Below, in pieces: positions 10,227 to 19,261 of a stretch of DNA of 64,000 nt. A program made the translations under genes and the position numbers. The first letter of the stretch is position 1, and each line of letters starts with the position of its first letter. This DNA is from Microcoleus sp. (GTDB lineage Bacteria; Cyanobacteriota; Cyanobacteriia; Cyanobacteriales; Microcoleaceae), in the NCBI GenBank assembly GCA_052279835.1, contig CP181291.1, forward strand, positions 5,856,001-5,920,000, written 5' to 3'. A model generated the notes under the pieces. That model made no database searches. It was not told the DNA's origin and saw nothing but the letters and a program-made list of their open reading frames with translations.

Positions 10227-12110
10227 ATGGTAGCAACTAATGTGAATCCCACTACAAAATCTCAGCAATTAACGGCATCAAAACTGGCTGAATTGCGGGT
10301 GTTCATGGCACAGCATAACTTGGATTGCTATTTCATTTCAGCGGTGGACGAACACTTGAATTTATCGGTAGCGCCAGCTAAGCAAAGACGAGCTTGGATT
10401 AGTGGGTTTACTGGTTCCGCCGGTGATTTGTTGGTGGGGAAGAATTCGGCTTGGTTGTTTGTGGATTCCCGCTACTATGAACAAGCAGAATTGCAAATCG
10501 CTCCGGGACTAATGGAAATATGTAAACTGGGTTTAGAAGGTCATTTAAATTTAATTGAAACTTTAGAAAAACTAGCAGCGGAATCGACAGCGAATAAACC
10601 TAAATTGCGTTTAGGTTTCGATCCATTTAGTCTGTCGGTGGAGTCTTATCAAAATTGGCAGAGTAGATTGACGCAGGCGGGAATTGAACTGATAGCAATA
10701 TCCGAGAATTTAGTAGACAAAGTGCGATCGCACAATCTAGCACAAACAGCAGAAACCTTACCCGCCATTGACGAATCTCCCCTATTTAGTTTACCTGTAT
10801 CCCTGACTGGAGAAAGCACTGAACAAAAATTAACCAGAGTCAGGGAAGCGATGAAGCAAGCAAATATTGATGTGCTACCGATTACCAACCTCAATCAAAT
10901 AGCATGGCTGTTCAATCTCCGAGGCTCGGATATTCCTAACATTCCGATTTTTATATCCTATGCTATTGTCACTGCCAATATAGCTTTTTTGTTGACCAAC
11001 CCCCAGCGAGTTGCAGCAGAAGTTAAGCAAGAATTGCCTGGGGATGTAACCTTACTACCCTACGCAGAATACCAGTCTACTTTAGAAAAGTGTGTCAATT
11101 CGCCCCAAAAAATTAGGGTGCTTTTAGATCCCAAACATACTACAGCAGGGACTTATCAGTTAATCTTAAACCAGCAAAAAGTACAGAAAGATGCTGTGGA
11201 AATAGTTTTTGAGACTAATCCCATCGAAGGGATGAAAGCTCGGAAAAATCCTGTGGAAATCGAACAGATGAAATCTGCGAATTTCAAAGCAAGTAAAGCT
11301 AAAACTCTGACTTTTAAGTGGTTGACAGAACAACTAGAAACTGGTAGTATATTGACGGAATTTGATGTCAAAGAAACCGTCGAAAGATTTTATCAGCAGG
11401 AAACAGACTTTCAGACTTTAAGTTTTAGAACGATCGCCGGTGCGGGAGTCAATAGCTCGATCGTACATTACGGCACTCCCAGTCCAGAAGTGAGGCTGCA
11501 ACCAGGGGAACTACTGTTACTGGACTCAGGAGCGCAATATTTAGGGGGTACAACGGATGATACCAGAACCGTGGCGATCGGAGAACCAACGGCGCTACAA
11601 ATAGAACACTACACGACTGTTTTGATGGCACATATTAACTGTGCAATGCAGCAATTTCCCAAGGGGACAACCGGTGCGCAATTAGATGCGATCGCCCGTG
11701 GTGTATTATGGCAGCAACAACTGGACTACGGACACGGCACTGGGCACGGAGTCGGGGCATTTTTAGCCGTTCACGAAGGGCCAAACGGTATCAGCAAATC
11801 GGTACAATACGCCCTAGAACCGGGGATGGTAACTAGCATAGAACCGGGATATTATCAACCGGGATGGGGGGGAATTCGCATCGAAAATCTCTATGTTGTC
11901 AGAGAAATGGGGTCAAATAATGATACGGTTTGGTATGGGTTTGAACCGCTGACCTATATTCCCTTTGACCGGAAATTGATTAATGTCGATCGACTCTCAC
12001 AGACCCAACTGGCATGGTTAAATAAATATCATAGTGCGGTAGTGGAGAAGCTAGCAACGGTGTGCGATACAGCAACTGTAGAGTGGTTAAAAAAAGCCAC
12101 CGCAATCTAA
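10227..12110 (+). CDS. Aminopeptidase P (Xaa-Pro aminopeptidase, M24B)
   Basis: DSGAQY.GGTTDDTRT, HGTGHGVG, HEGP, SIEPGYY and GIRIEN metal-binding motifs. Confidence 0.93.
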   Translation: MVATNVNPTTKSQQLTASKLAELRVFMAQHNLDCYFISAVDEHLNLSVAPAKQRRAWISGFTGSAGDLLVGKNSAWLFVDSRYYEQAELQIAPGLMEICKLGLEGHLNLIETLEKLAAESTANKPKLRLGFDPFSLSVESYQNWQSRLTQAGIELIAISENLVDKVRSHNLAQTAETLPAIDESPLFSLPVSLTGESTEQKLTRVREAMKQANIDVLPITNLNQIAWLFNLRGSDIPNIPIFISYAIVTANIAFLLTNPQRVAAEVKQELPGDVTLLPYAEYQSTLEKCVNSPQKIRVLLDPKHTTAGTYQLILNQQKVQKDAVEIVFETNPIEGMKARKNPVEIEQMKSANFKASKAKTLTFKWLTEQLETGSILTEFDVKETVERFYQQETDFQTLSFRTIAGAGVNSSIVHYGTPSPEVRLQPGELLLLDSGAQYLGGTTDDTRTVAIGEPTALQIEHYTTVLMAHINCAMQQFPKGTTGAQLDAIARGVLWQQQLDYGHGTGHGVGAFLAVHEGPNGISKSVQYALEPGMVTSIEPGYYQPGWGGIRIENLYVVREMGSNNDTVWYGFEPLTYIPFDRKLINVDRLSQTQLAWLNKYHSAVVEKLATVCDTATVEWLKKATAI

Positions 12111-12174
12111 TTTAACGTCTATTCCTCGCAATTTTAAACCGTTTGTAATTGCGAGGCGAACCTGTTCATCCATG

Positions 12175-12295
12175 GGGTGCATCTCTATTTTGCAAGTATA
12201 TTCGTAGGGGCGAAGCATGACCGCAGACAATTTATTAGTGATAACCAGAGATTTACAGCGGTCATGCTTCGCCTATGCAAAATCGGGATGCTCCC
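12175..12295. mobile_element. 121-bp MITE with 8-bp target-site duplication and internal GTAG-type REP hairpin
   Basis: TIR GGGTGCATCTCTATTTTGCA / TGCAAAATCGGGATGCTCCC; CATCCATG duplicated at 12167-12174 and 12296-12303; internal GGCGAAGCATGACCGC...GCGGTCATGCTTCGCC. Confidence 0.88.
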
Positions 12296-12458
12296 CATCC
12301 ATGTAAAGGCGATCGCCTGTAAAGTTACCACCCTGGAATTGTTCAATAATTGGCTGAGTATCTAACCGGATATTGCGATATTTTTTGGATAATTCCCGTA
12401 AATTACGTTTATACTCAGGCGTTAAATCAATCTGGAGAAAAGGCGTGTTATTCGACAT
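12273..12458 (-). pseudogene. Truncated RelE/ParE(HigB)-like toxin
   Basis: IDLTPEYKRNLRELSKKYRNIRLD...GDR resembles the N-half of cyanobacterial RelE-like toxins. It overlaps the upstream antitoxin-like ORF and runs into the MITE. Confidence 0.7.
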
Positions 12459-12702
12459 CTATTCCCTCCCACATTTCAGAAAGGGGGATGCGTTGTCCAG
12501 ATTTAGCTTGCTTTAATGCTCGCAGCAGACTCGCTTTTACTTCTTCAATGGGAGTATCATCAGGATCGATTTCAACTTCCTCAGTTACTTCTGGAAAAAG
12601 TACGATCGCTCGCACGCGACTAGGGGGTAATTTTTCAATGGGGTAATCGAGGGACAATTGACCTTTTTCATCTAGGGTTCCTGTGACTTCAACTGCTTTC
12701 AT
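12448..12702 (-). CDS. Putative type II antitoxin-like small acidic protein
   Basis: 84 aa, MKAVEVTGTLDEKGQL...LKQAKSGQRIPLSEMWEGI; its stop overlaps the toxin start. Confidence 0.65.
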   Translation of the reverse strand: MKAVEVTGTLDEKGQLSLDYPIEKLPPSRVRAIVLFPEVTEEVEIDPDDTPIEEVKASLLRALKQAKSGQRIPLSEMWEGIDVE

Positions 12703-12762
12703 TTGTTTGTCCTCAACTTGGGATATATTATATTACATTCACCATTAGATTTTAAATTGAAA

Positions 12763-14127
12763 TTAGATGGCAAAATGTTCAGTAATTTCGGCATCTTCCA
12801 GGGCTACTTGAATGCTGAAAGGCTCTCCTGCTTCACCGCTGAATTCCAATTGAATCCAATTATCGGCACTCCGCGCTTCAGCCTCCAAAAAAACATCTCC
12901 CGATTCACCATCGATTACAATCAGTTTTATCCCCGCTGGCAGATATGTTTGTGTAGCAGATCGGGGATACAATCTAATCAGAACTTCGGTTTTTTTAGCA
13001 TTTTTTTGGCAATTCACAATCAATACCACAGGATAACCAGCCAAGGAGATTTCTCTCACCTTACTCGCGTTAAGAGTTGGCGATTCGGTGTCAGCATTGC
13101 GGGAACGAGGGGCGCTGGCAAATCTAAAAATTAGATTTCCTTCTTTGTTGCTTAAAAATGATTCGAGACTCTGCCAGTTGTATTGAGAATTAGTTTCAGA
13201 TTTTTGCAACCATTCATTTAAACTTATTATACCAGTAGTATTTGTAGATGGGGGAACCATTGCAGCTTGTGGAATTGGCGCTGTGGCATCACTGCTTTGA
13301 TTAGTGGGAGATTCGGAATTAACCGATGTATCTGAGTCATCACTACCCCAGATTTCATCTAACTTTTCGAGCAACTCTTCTGCTAAATCTTGCAACTCAG
13401 TTTGTTGTGAATCATCAGACTCTTCTCTGTCCACAACAGGTGCGCCACCTCTGAAGGCAAAACCTGGTTGTGCAGGCACGTAACTCGCTAAAAACTCCCC
13501 GCCGGCATAGCGTCGTTGGTATTTATTATAGGTGCGATATATCCGCTCCATTTCAGTGACGATTTCAGGCAGAGATTGCTCGTTCAATCTCTCTCTAACT
13601 TTAACAGCTACGGGGTTATGACTCTGAAAAAAATCTAGGGCTGTTTCTAGTCGGTGCAGGTGGTCTAAAAATGCTTCTAGAGGCTGAAAACTATCACAAG
13701 AAACTTGCTCCATCATTTCTAAAGGGTTGATGGTTGGGTAAAAGCCAAAGAGAGTTGCTTCTCTCGATGATTCATCTATTTCTACCGCCATATAGCCGAT
13801 CCGATTTTCCCAAGTATCCGTCGGAATATAACAGTTTTCATCAGTTGGTAACACGGGACGGCATTCTAGTTTCCCAATACCTGTGATTTCGAGATCGGCT
13901 ACATCCATCAAAGTTTGCATGACTGGGTTTAGACTATCGGAAGCTTCTAAATCGGTTTCAATTCCCAAACACTGACAGTAGGTATCGACTGCATAAACTG
14001 CCAAAGTATTTAGATAAACTTGTCTGGCTTTTGCTGGGTTTTCATATTGCTGTTGAAAGGATTTTGCTAGTTTCAATGCTTTGGATGTCAGGGGTACTGC
14101 AAACATCGGGCGACTGGTGTATGTCAT
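12763..14127 (-). CDS. DUF1822 family protein
   Basis: KARQVYLNTLAVYAV...ADLEITGIGKLECRPV...RIGYMAVEI N-terminus and LPAGIKL...EAEARSADNWIQLEFSGEAGE.FSIQV C-terminus. Confidence 0.85.
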   Translation of the reverse strand: MTYTSRPMFAVPLTSKALKLAKSFQQQYENPAKARQVYLNTLAVYAVDTYCQCLGIETDLEASDSLNPVMQTLMDVADLEITGIGKLECRPVLPTDENCYIPTDTWENRIGYMAVEIDESSREATLFGFYPTINPLEMMEQVSCDSFQPLEAFLDHLHRLETALDFFQSHNPVAVKVRERLNEQSLPEIVTEMERIYRTYNKYQRRYAGGEFLASYVPAQPGFAFRGGAPVVDREESDDSQQTELQDLAEELLEKLDEIWGSDDSDTSVNSESPTNQSSDATAPIPQAAMVPPSTNTTGIISLNEWLQKSETNSQYNWQSLESFLSNKEGNLIFRFASAPRSRNADTESPTLNASKVREISLAGYPVVLIVNCQKNAKKTEVLIRLYPRSATQTYLPAGIKLIVIDGESGDVFLEAEARSADNWIQLEFSGEAGEPFSIQVALEDAEITEHFAI

Positions 14128-14144
14128 GGCTGTTTTCTCCTAAT

Positions 14145-15416
14145 TTACTCTGCGGTATTGTTTGTATTTCGGCTAGTGCGCCTCTGCCGTTTGGGTATCA
14201 GTTGAAAGTAACTGATACCGTCGAGGTAAAAATATATTAGTTCGGTGACATTGACTTGTAACTGTCTGGCGAAAATTGTCCAAGATTGCACCCCTTCCAA
14301 TCGCGATCGAATTATTCCTTGGAAAGTAATCTTAGGGCGATCGGGCATTCTTCTTCTATTATAATTCCCTTCAGAGTCGGTGACAATTTGTTCGATCGCA
14401 GATTGTGACAAGGCTAATTTTGCTTCTAAATACTCTGGGATAATTGGCTGGAAATAATAGCAGGCACGGGTGTAAAAAGGACTGATGGTTGTCTGAGCGT
14501 TGACTATATTCCCAAAATGTTCTTGAATTTCTTTGAGGCTAGTCTGTTTATACTTTAAAATGGCGATCGCGCGAAAGTTAACATCAGGACAATTTCTAAT
14601 ATGCTTCCCGGTGAAAATGCCATCTGAATCTCGATCGATAATTTTAATCACCTCTGGAGATAGCTTTGAGTTGGCTTTGGTTTGAATTCGATCGAATCTG
14701 GTTTCACTGGCGCTATGATCATCTTGCTTGGCGGCAGGTGCATCTCCTGAAACTAGGTTGAGTCGCGGGCGGATGATATCAATAAACCGGAATTGTAAAT
14801 AACGAGCAAACCAGTTCCAAAACTTGAGAGGTCGATAAAGTTGTTGGACTTCATCGCAGAAAGTATTCCAGGTTTGTTGTAAATCAACTTCGCTATTTTC
14901 AATATTTTGGCATAAATTTTCGCAGTATTGAACTAGGCGTTGATTTTTTTCTGGCGGATAGGTTTGAGTTTTCTTGTTTTTGCGTCTTTGTATAAAGCTG
15001 CGGCGAAATCTGTCTACTTGTTTGTCAAATTCAGAATAAACTTCGGGGGTTCGCTGTGATGGTGATGTTTCGCTAAATTTCAGCCATGCTTGATACAACT
15101 TGGCATCGACTCCTTTGTTGAAAATATTAATGTTGTTTAATATCTCTTTTTGAGTATTTTGTAAAGCCTCCTTCCAATCTTCCTCAAAATCACCTTCTAA
15201 AATTGCCAGATATCTGTCGCAACACCGCTTTTTGATGCCAGCTAAGCGGCGTTTTGCTTCATCATCTGTAGGTTTTTTGTCACGTCGTAAGCTTGAGCCA
15301 GGAAACATAATATCCCACAACTGCTGTATAATTTTACGCCTTCTTTGATCGGTATTTTTGGGATATAATTGGGCTTGGGATACAAGTTCTTGGAGGAGGC
15401 GATCGAGTTCGTGCAT
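14145..15416 (-). CDS. Atypical sigma-70-like protein of the family usually encoded upstream of DUF1822
   Basis: LQELVSQAQLYP..TDQRRR, EALQNT, WFARYLQFRFID and HIRNCPDVNFRAIA...SPFYTR motifs; 17 bp upstream of the DUF1822 gene. Confidence 0.65.
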   Translation of the reverse strand: MHELDRLLQELVSQAQLYPKNTDQRRRKIIQQLWDIMFPGSSLRRDKKPTDDEAKRRLAGIKKRCCDRYLAILEGDFEEDWKEALQNTQKEILNNINIFNKGVDAKLYQAWLKFSETSPSQRTPEVYSEFDKQVDRFRRSFIQRRKNKKTQTYPPEKNQRLVQYCENLCQNIENSEVDLQQTWNTFCDEVQQLYRPLKFWNWFARYLQFRFIDIIRPRLNLVSGDAPAAKQDDHSASETRFDRIQTKANSKLSPEVIKIIDRDSDGIFTGKHIRNCPDVNFRAIAILKYKQTSLKEIQEHFGNIVNAQTTISPFYTRACYYFQPIIPEYLEAKLALSQSAIEQIVTDSEGNYNRRRMPDRPKITFQGIIRSRLEGVQSWTIFARQLQVNVTELIYFYLDGISYFQLIPKRQRRTSRNTNNTAE

Positions 15417-15565
15417 GGGCGATGAGGTTCAGTAAAAAAAGGATGTCCTCAATTATACCCAGAAAGCACCCCACCTCATCCATTTCCGAGTTATGTAGAG
15501 TTGCCGAAAACGATCGAAATGTCACACTGAAATCAATTTGTATTGTATTTAATAAAGTGAAACCT

Positions 15566-15656
15566 GGAGCATCCCGATTTTGCATAGGCGAAGCATGACC
15601 GCTGTAAATCTCTGGTTATCACTAATAAATTGTCTGCGGTCATGCTTCGCCCCTAC
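15566..15656. mobile_element. Partial inverted copy of the 12175-12295 MITE
   Basis: Reverse complement of 12205-12294 (GGAGCATCCCGATTTTGCATAGGCGAAGC...CTTCGCCCCTAC); one end is missing. Confidence 0.85.
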
Positions 15657-15897
15657 AAATGCTGAAATTGAAAAAAACTACTGCAATATTTCGAGTTTGT
15701 TCTGGTGCGGCTTGGGAGAGAATGTTGTTAGCCCAGTTTTGGTACTGTGCAACTAAGGTTCGATTGAGTTTGTCTTGATTAGTCGCCAGGATGGGATAGA
15801 TGATTTTTGCATCACCATTGCTGTCAGAGGTGGCTTGCAATATTTCAACTAAAAAGGCGATATATTCTTGATTGTCTTGCTGGTGTTGTTGGTTCAT
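15640..15897 (-). pseudogene. 5' remnant of a TPR/CHAT-type protein, truncated by the MITE
   Basis: YIAFLVEILQATSDSNGDAKIIYPILATNQDKLN resembles N-termini of cyanobacterial TPR-CHAT proteins. The last codons (CRGEA) come from the MITE. Confidence 0.6.
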
Positions 15898-16095
15898 GTT
15901 TTTTTGGTAGTTTTGTGCGTCTATTGTGAATCAGCTTTTTTTTTGAACCGCAGAGGGCGCAGAGGGCGCAGAGGAGTTTTCAGGGTGGGAATGAGGGGGG
16001 AGAATTATAGAGATCCCCCCAGCCCCCCTTAAAAAGGGGGGAGTAAGATTCTGAAGGCGGCTCGGAATTTAATGGGAAACTCCAGCAAACAAGCC

Positions 16096-16629
16096 CTAAG
16101 TATCGAGTTGTCGGCGATGGGCGATCGCCTCTCCCAGCAAATTCAACAATTCATCTGGCATCCCATCTAACCAATGTGCGGCTAAGCTTTTGGGCCCCGG
16201 ATCGACTCCCGTGGCTAACACTGCATTTAATCTAGGCATGGCGATCGAGTCTACCAACTCAATCAAACCACTCAAACACCGATTAAACAAACGTTCCGTT
16301 AACTGAGAATCCTCGATCGGCAACTCAATAGAAGCGCGAACTTCGCCATCTGTAGGGTCATATTCAAACCGCAGCATCTTGACTTCCCAACTAATAGCTA
16401 GCATAGTTTGAAACAAAACACCCTTATGAAGGCAATCTTTCACCGCCAACAATTGCGGCGCAACAAATTGCAGAAATTCGCCATTTTCGCTAAGCTGGAT
16501 GCAGATGCCAAAATCATCAACATTCTCAGCTTTGACACCAGTAATAATCCGACATTTATCAGCATCGAAATTGTATTTCCAGCCGCGTTGTTCCAGACAG
16601 TGGGCAATAAAAGCAAGGGTGGTAGCCAT
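16096..16629 (-). CDS. YbjN-like domain protein (T3SS-chaperone-like fold)
   Basis: LEQRGWKY...IQLSENGEFLQF...KMLRFEYDPTDGEVRASIELPIED pattern. Confidence 0.7.
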   Translation of the reverse strand: MATTLAFIAHCLEQRGWKYNFDADKCRIITGVKAENVDDFGICIQLSENGEFLQFVAPQLLAVKDCLHKGVLFQTMLAISWEVKMLRFEYDPTDGEVRASIELPIEDSQLTERLFNRCLSGLIELVDSIAMPRLNAVLATGVDPGPKSLAAHWLDGMPDELLNLLGEAIAHRRQLDT

Positions 16630-16738
16630 GAGTTTCGGGTTCCTAATTTATAGTAGATTTTCGGGTGGATAGCAGCGCCTTTTTCCGCTGCTATTTGTAT
16701 ATCGCTCCAGCAATCAAGAATTATGCGATCGATTGCTG

Positions 16739-16915
16739 TTATTTGCCTGGTGGAGTTTTGGGACATTCGCATTGGGCGGTGGTAGGGATGAGAAGTCGAT
16801 CGCCCGGTGCGGCCACAGCAGCGCTCGTTTTCGGATCTAAGTAGATACTGCCGATCGAATTGGCAACTAACAGCGAAATCAAGGCTGTTTCTAAGACGGT
16901 AAATGGCCTTTGCAT
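16739..16915 (-). CDS. Small secreted-type peptide, 58 aa (below the ORF-track cutoff)
   Basis: AGGAG 6 nt before the ATG. Translation MQRPFTVLETALISLLVANSIGSIYLDPKTSAAVAAPGDRLLIPTTAQCECPKTPPGK. Hydrophobic N-terminus, AVA-A cleavage-like site, co-oriented with its neighbours. Confidence 0.6.
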   Translation of the reverse strand: MQRPFTVLETALISLLVANSIGSIYLDPKTSAAVAAPGDRLLIPTTAQCECPKTPPGK

Positions 16916-17050
16916 AATTGACTCCTACTTCAACAGGGGTAAACAAGCTTGAGGTTTTGCTTCCCTCTGTTTATTTATCGGGAGTGTTTGGAGTTTTTTA
17001 TGCAAAGATGAGCCTCGCGCCCTGATTTTTCCGTCTATAATCCATAGTCC

Positions 17051-17146
17051 CCTGGACGCAAAAAACCCGGTTTCTTCCAAAAATCGTCGGTTTTTTCGAC
17101 AAATATTCAGGCAGAAACCGGGTTTTTGGTCCCCCGTGGGTTCAGG
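17051..17146. repeat. MITE/REP with AAACCCGGTTTCT palindromes
   Basis: Ends CCTGGAC / GTTCAGG; internal AAAAACCCGGTTTCT...AGAAACCGGGTTTTT; relatives at 29.5 and 62.2 kb. Confidence 0.7.
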
Positions 17147-17171
17147 ACCGATCCATACAAATCTTTGTCTC

Positions 17172-18890
17172 TCAAGGTTGTTGGCTACTTATCACCCTAT
17201 CAATTCCCTGAACTTCCAAGCGCTTTTTCGTTTCAATCAGCCAATTTTCCACTTCGGGCTGATATTTTTCCTTGGGAGCATATCTCAGACAGTTGCGCCA
17301 AGCCCTTAATGCCCCGCTGTTATCTTGTTTAGCTTCTCGCACCCGCCCCAACAGACAGTACGCAGCAGCCCGATCGCCCAAAAGTGCGATCGCGGCATTT
17401 AGCTGTATTTCCGCTTGTTCATAATCCCCCAATTCCAACAAAGCCCAGCCCATATTCTTGTGCAAAACCGACTTTAAATCCACTTCTTTAACAAGTTGCA
17501 ATCCTGTTTGCAATCGGGGAATAGCAGCCGAATATTGTTTCTCCAAAATATCCAACCTTGCCAAATTATTCAGGGATTTTTCAGGCAAATCTTTGAGAGA
17601 TTTTTTATAGCTATTTCGCGCTGAATCAAAGTCCCTATTTGTTTCAAAAATCAAGCCTTGAATATAATGAGCTTCCCCCAAGTTCGGTTCTAAAAAAAGT
17701 GCTAAATTTAGATAAAACTGAGCATGTCCTAACCTATCTGCTGTATAATTATCATGAGCGCAATTATTCAAAGAAACAGCCCACTGAGGGGCAAATAAGT
17801 TAAAACCGATAATTGCAAAAAATAGCGATACACTTAGCCCTAGGGAAGCCAGACGATAATTAATCCGAGTCCATCTAATATAACGCTTAAAAAAATTAAG
17901 TTTACTTCCACCTTGACCAAACAAATTAGCAACAGTTAAATGACTGCACTCAATTTCAGCTAAACGCTGCAAAACCGTACTGGGATTTTGAGGGCGACGG
18001 TGAGATTCAACGGCCATCATCTCATCAATTAATTTGGCAAATTTTACTGAAATTTGCGGTGCTAAGTCTCGCCAGATTAACTTTCCTGTTGCTGTTGTCA
18101 CTAAATTATCTGGGTGATCGCCAGTTAGCAAATGTACAAAAGTCCGCCCCAAAGCAAATAAGTCAGATTTGGGAATTGCAGCGCCATTTTCTTGTTCTGG
18201 AGCTGTATAACCAGATGATAAAATCCGCGTCGTATCTCTATTTTCATATTTATCGATATAGGTATCAGAATTTATTTGGCGGGCAGTACCAAAGTCAATC
18301 AATACTAGACTACCGTCAGGACGGCACATAATATTACTCGGTTTAATATCTCGATGAAAAAAACCTTTTCTGTGAACAGATTCTAAATTTTTAGCGCTTT
18401 GTCTCAGCCAATCAATTCCTCGTTCTTCAGAAATTGTCCCGTTTTCTTTCAGCCATTGTTCGAGATTTTGACCTTCAATTTTCTCCATTACTAAACAGTG
18501 GAGATTATTACCATTACTGGTTTCAAAAGTAAAGTACGCTCCCGGAAAAACTTGAGGTACTGCCAGAGATTTCAGATACCGTAATATCATTTCTTCTTCC
18601 TGAAACAAGCGAATTACATTAGGGTCGCTATTGTGGGTTAGCACTTTCAAAACTTTGGGAATATGGCAACCATACTCGCCATATTCTAAGTCTTGTAATT
18701 CAAAAATTTCGGTGCAATTGCTTCTATGTTGTAGTTTTCTCAGCGCTCGATAGCGATTGTTGATTAACAATGAAGTGTTGCAAACAAGACAATTATCCAA
18801 TCCATCAGGGTTTTGACGATGTTTGCACCTAGGATTGATGCAGTAGTTAACACTCTCTTCTCCCAACATTGGTTCATCAAAACAGTTCAT
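17172..18890 (-). CDS. Membrane Ser/Thr protein kinase with N-terminal Cys4 ribbon and C-terminal TPRs
   Basis: CINPRC..CLVC, then VLKVL, HRDIKPSN, DFG, APE; one TM (LASLGLSVSLFFAIIGFNLFA); TPR helices after the TM; GAGGAGG RBS. Confidence 0.92.
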   Translation of the reverse strand: MNCFDEPMLGEESVNYCINPRCKHRQNPDGLDNCLVCNTSLLINNRYRALRKLQHRSNCTEIFELQDLEYGEYGCHIPKVLKVLTHNSDPNVIRLFQEEEMILRYLKSLAVPQVFPGAYFTFETSNGNNLHCLVMEKIEGQNLEQWLKENGTISEERGIDWLRQSAKNLESVHRKGFFHRDIKPSNIMCRPDGSLVLIDFGTARQINSDTYIDKYENRDTTRILSSGYTAPEQENGAAIPKSDLFALGRTFVHLLTGDHPDNLVTTATGKLIWRDLAPQISVKFAKLIDEMMAVESHRRPQNPSTVLQRLAEIECSHLTVANLFGQGGSKLNFFKRYIRWTRINYRLASLGLSVSLFFAIIGFNLFAPQWAVSLNNCAHDNYTADRLGHAQFYLNLALFLEPNLGEAHYIQGLIFETNRDFDSARNSYKKSLKDLPEKSLNNLARLDILEKQYSAAIPRLQTGLQLVKEVDLKSVLHKNMGWALLELGDYEQAEIQLNAAIALLGDRAAAYCLLGRVREAKQDNSGALRAWRNCLRYAPKEKYQPEVENWLIETKKRLEVQGIDRVISSQQP

Positions 18891-18934
18891 TTTTGCCTCC
18901 TCATCAATTTTGTTAAAACAACGAAACTAAGACT

Positions 18935-19261
18935 TATACCATTTCCCTAAAATCCTGCAACAATTTTTGACCCCCCCCTAACCCCCCCTTACAAAGGGGA
19001 GGGAGAAGACTACTGTTGTATTCTTTTTTTAAATTGGTATTAGACATTGCCTAAATTTTAGGTAATGGGTAATTGGTAATTGGTCATTAATTTACAAGCC
19101 ATTTTTAGCAGTTTGTAGTTTGCAACCATTACCCAGCTAAATGAGAAAGGCTATATTATACCATTTTCATAAATTTCTTACAGATGTAGTTCAAAGCCCC
19201 CCCTTACTAAGGGGGGGTTGGGGGGGTAGATATGTAGCGCTACTTTATGAAATTGGTATTA
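18935..19261. repeat. Two related MITEs (18935-19042, 19157-19261) plus GGTAATT heptamers
   Basis: Both start TATACCATTT and end AAATTGGTATTA, with internal C-run/G-run hairpins. Confidence 0.7.

Noticed and set aside
16440..16946. 168-aa minus-strand ORF from the track
   Set aside because: TTG start, overlaps the YbjN-like gene out of frame, and the 58-aa ORF in another frame has a proper RBS and leader.
16990..17004. Exact 15-bp match to 62127-62141 (TGCATAAAAAACTCC) as a shared promoter
   Set aside because: At 62.1 kb it reads as RBS plus ATG (GGAG-TTTTTT-ATG) of a gene stub; it is low complexity and probably coincidental.
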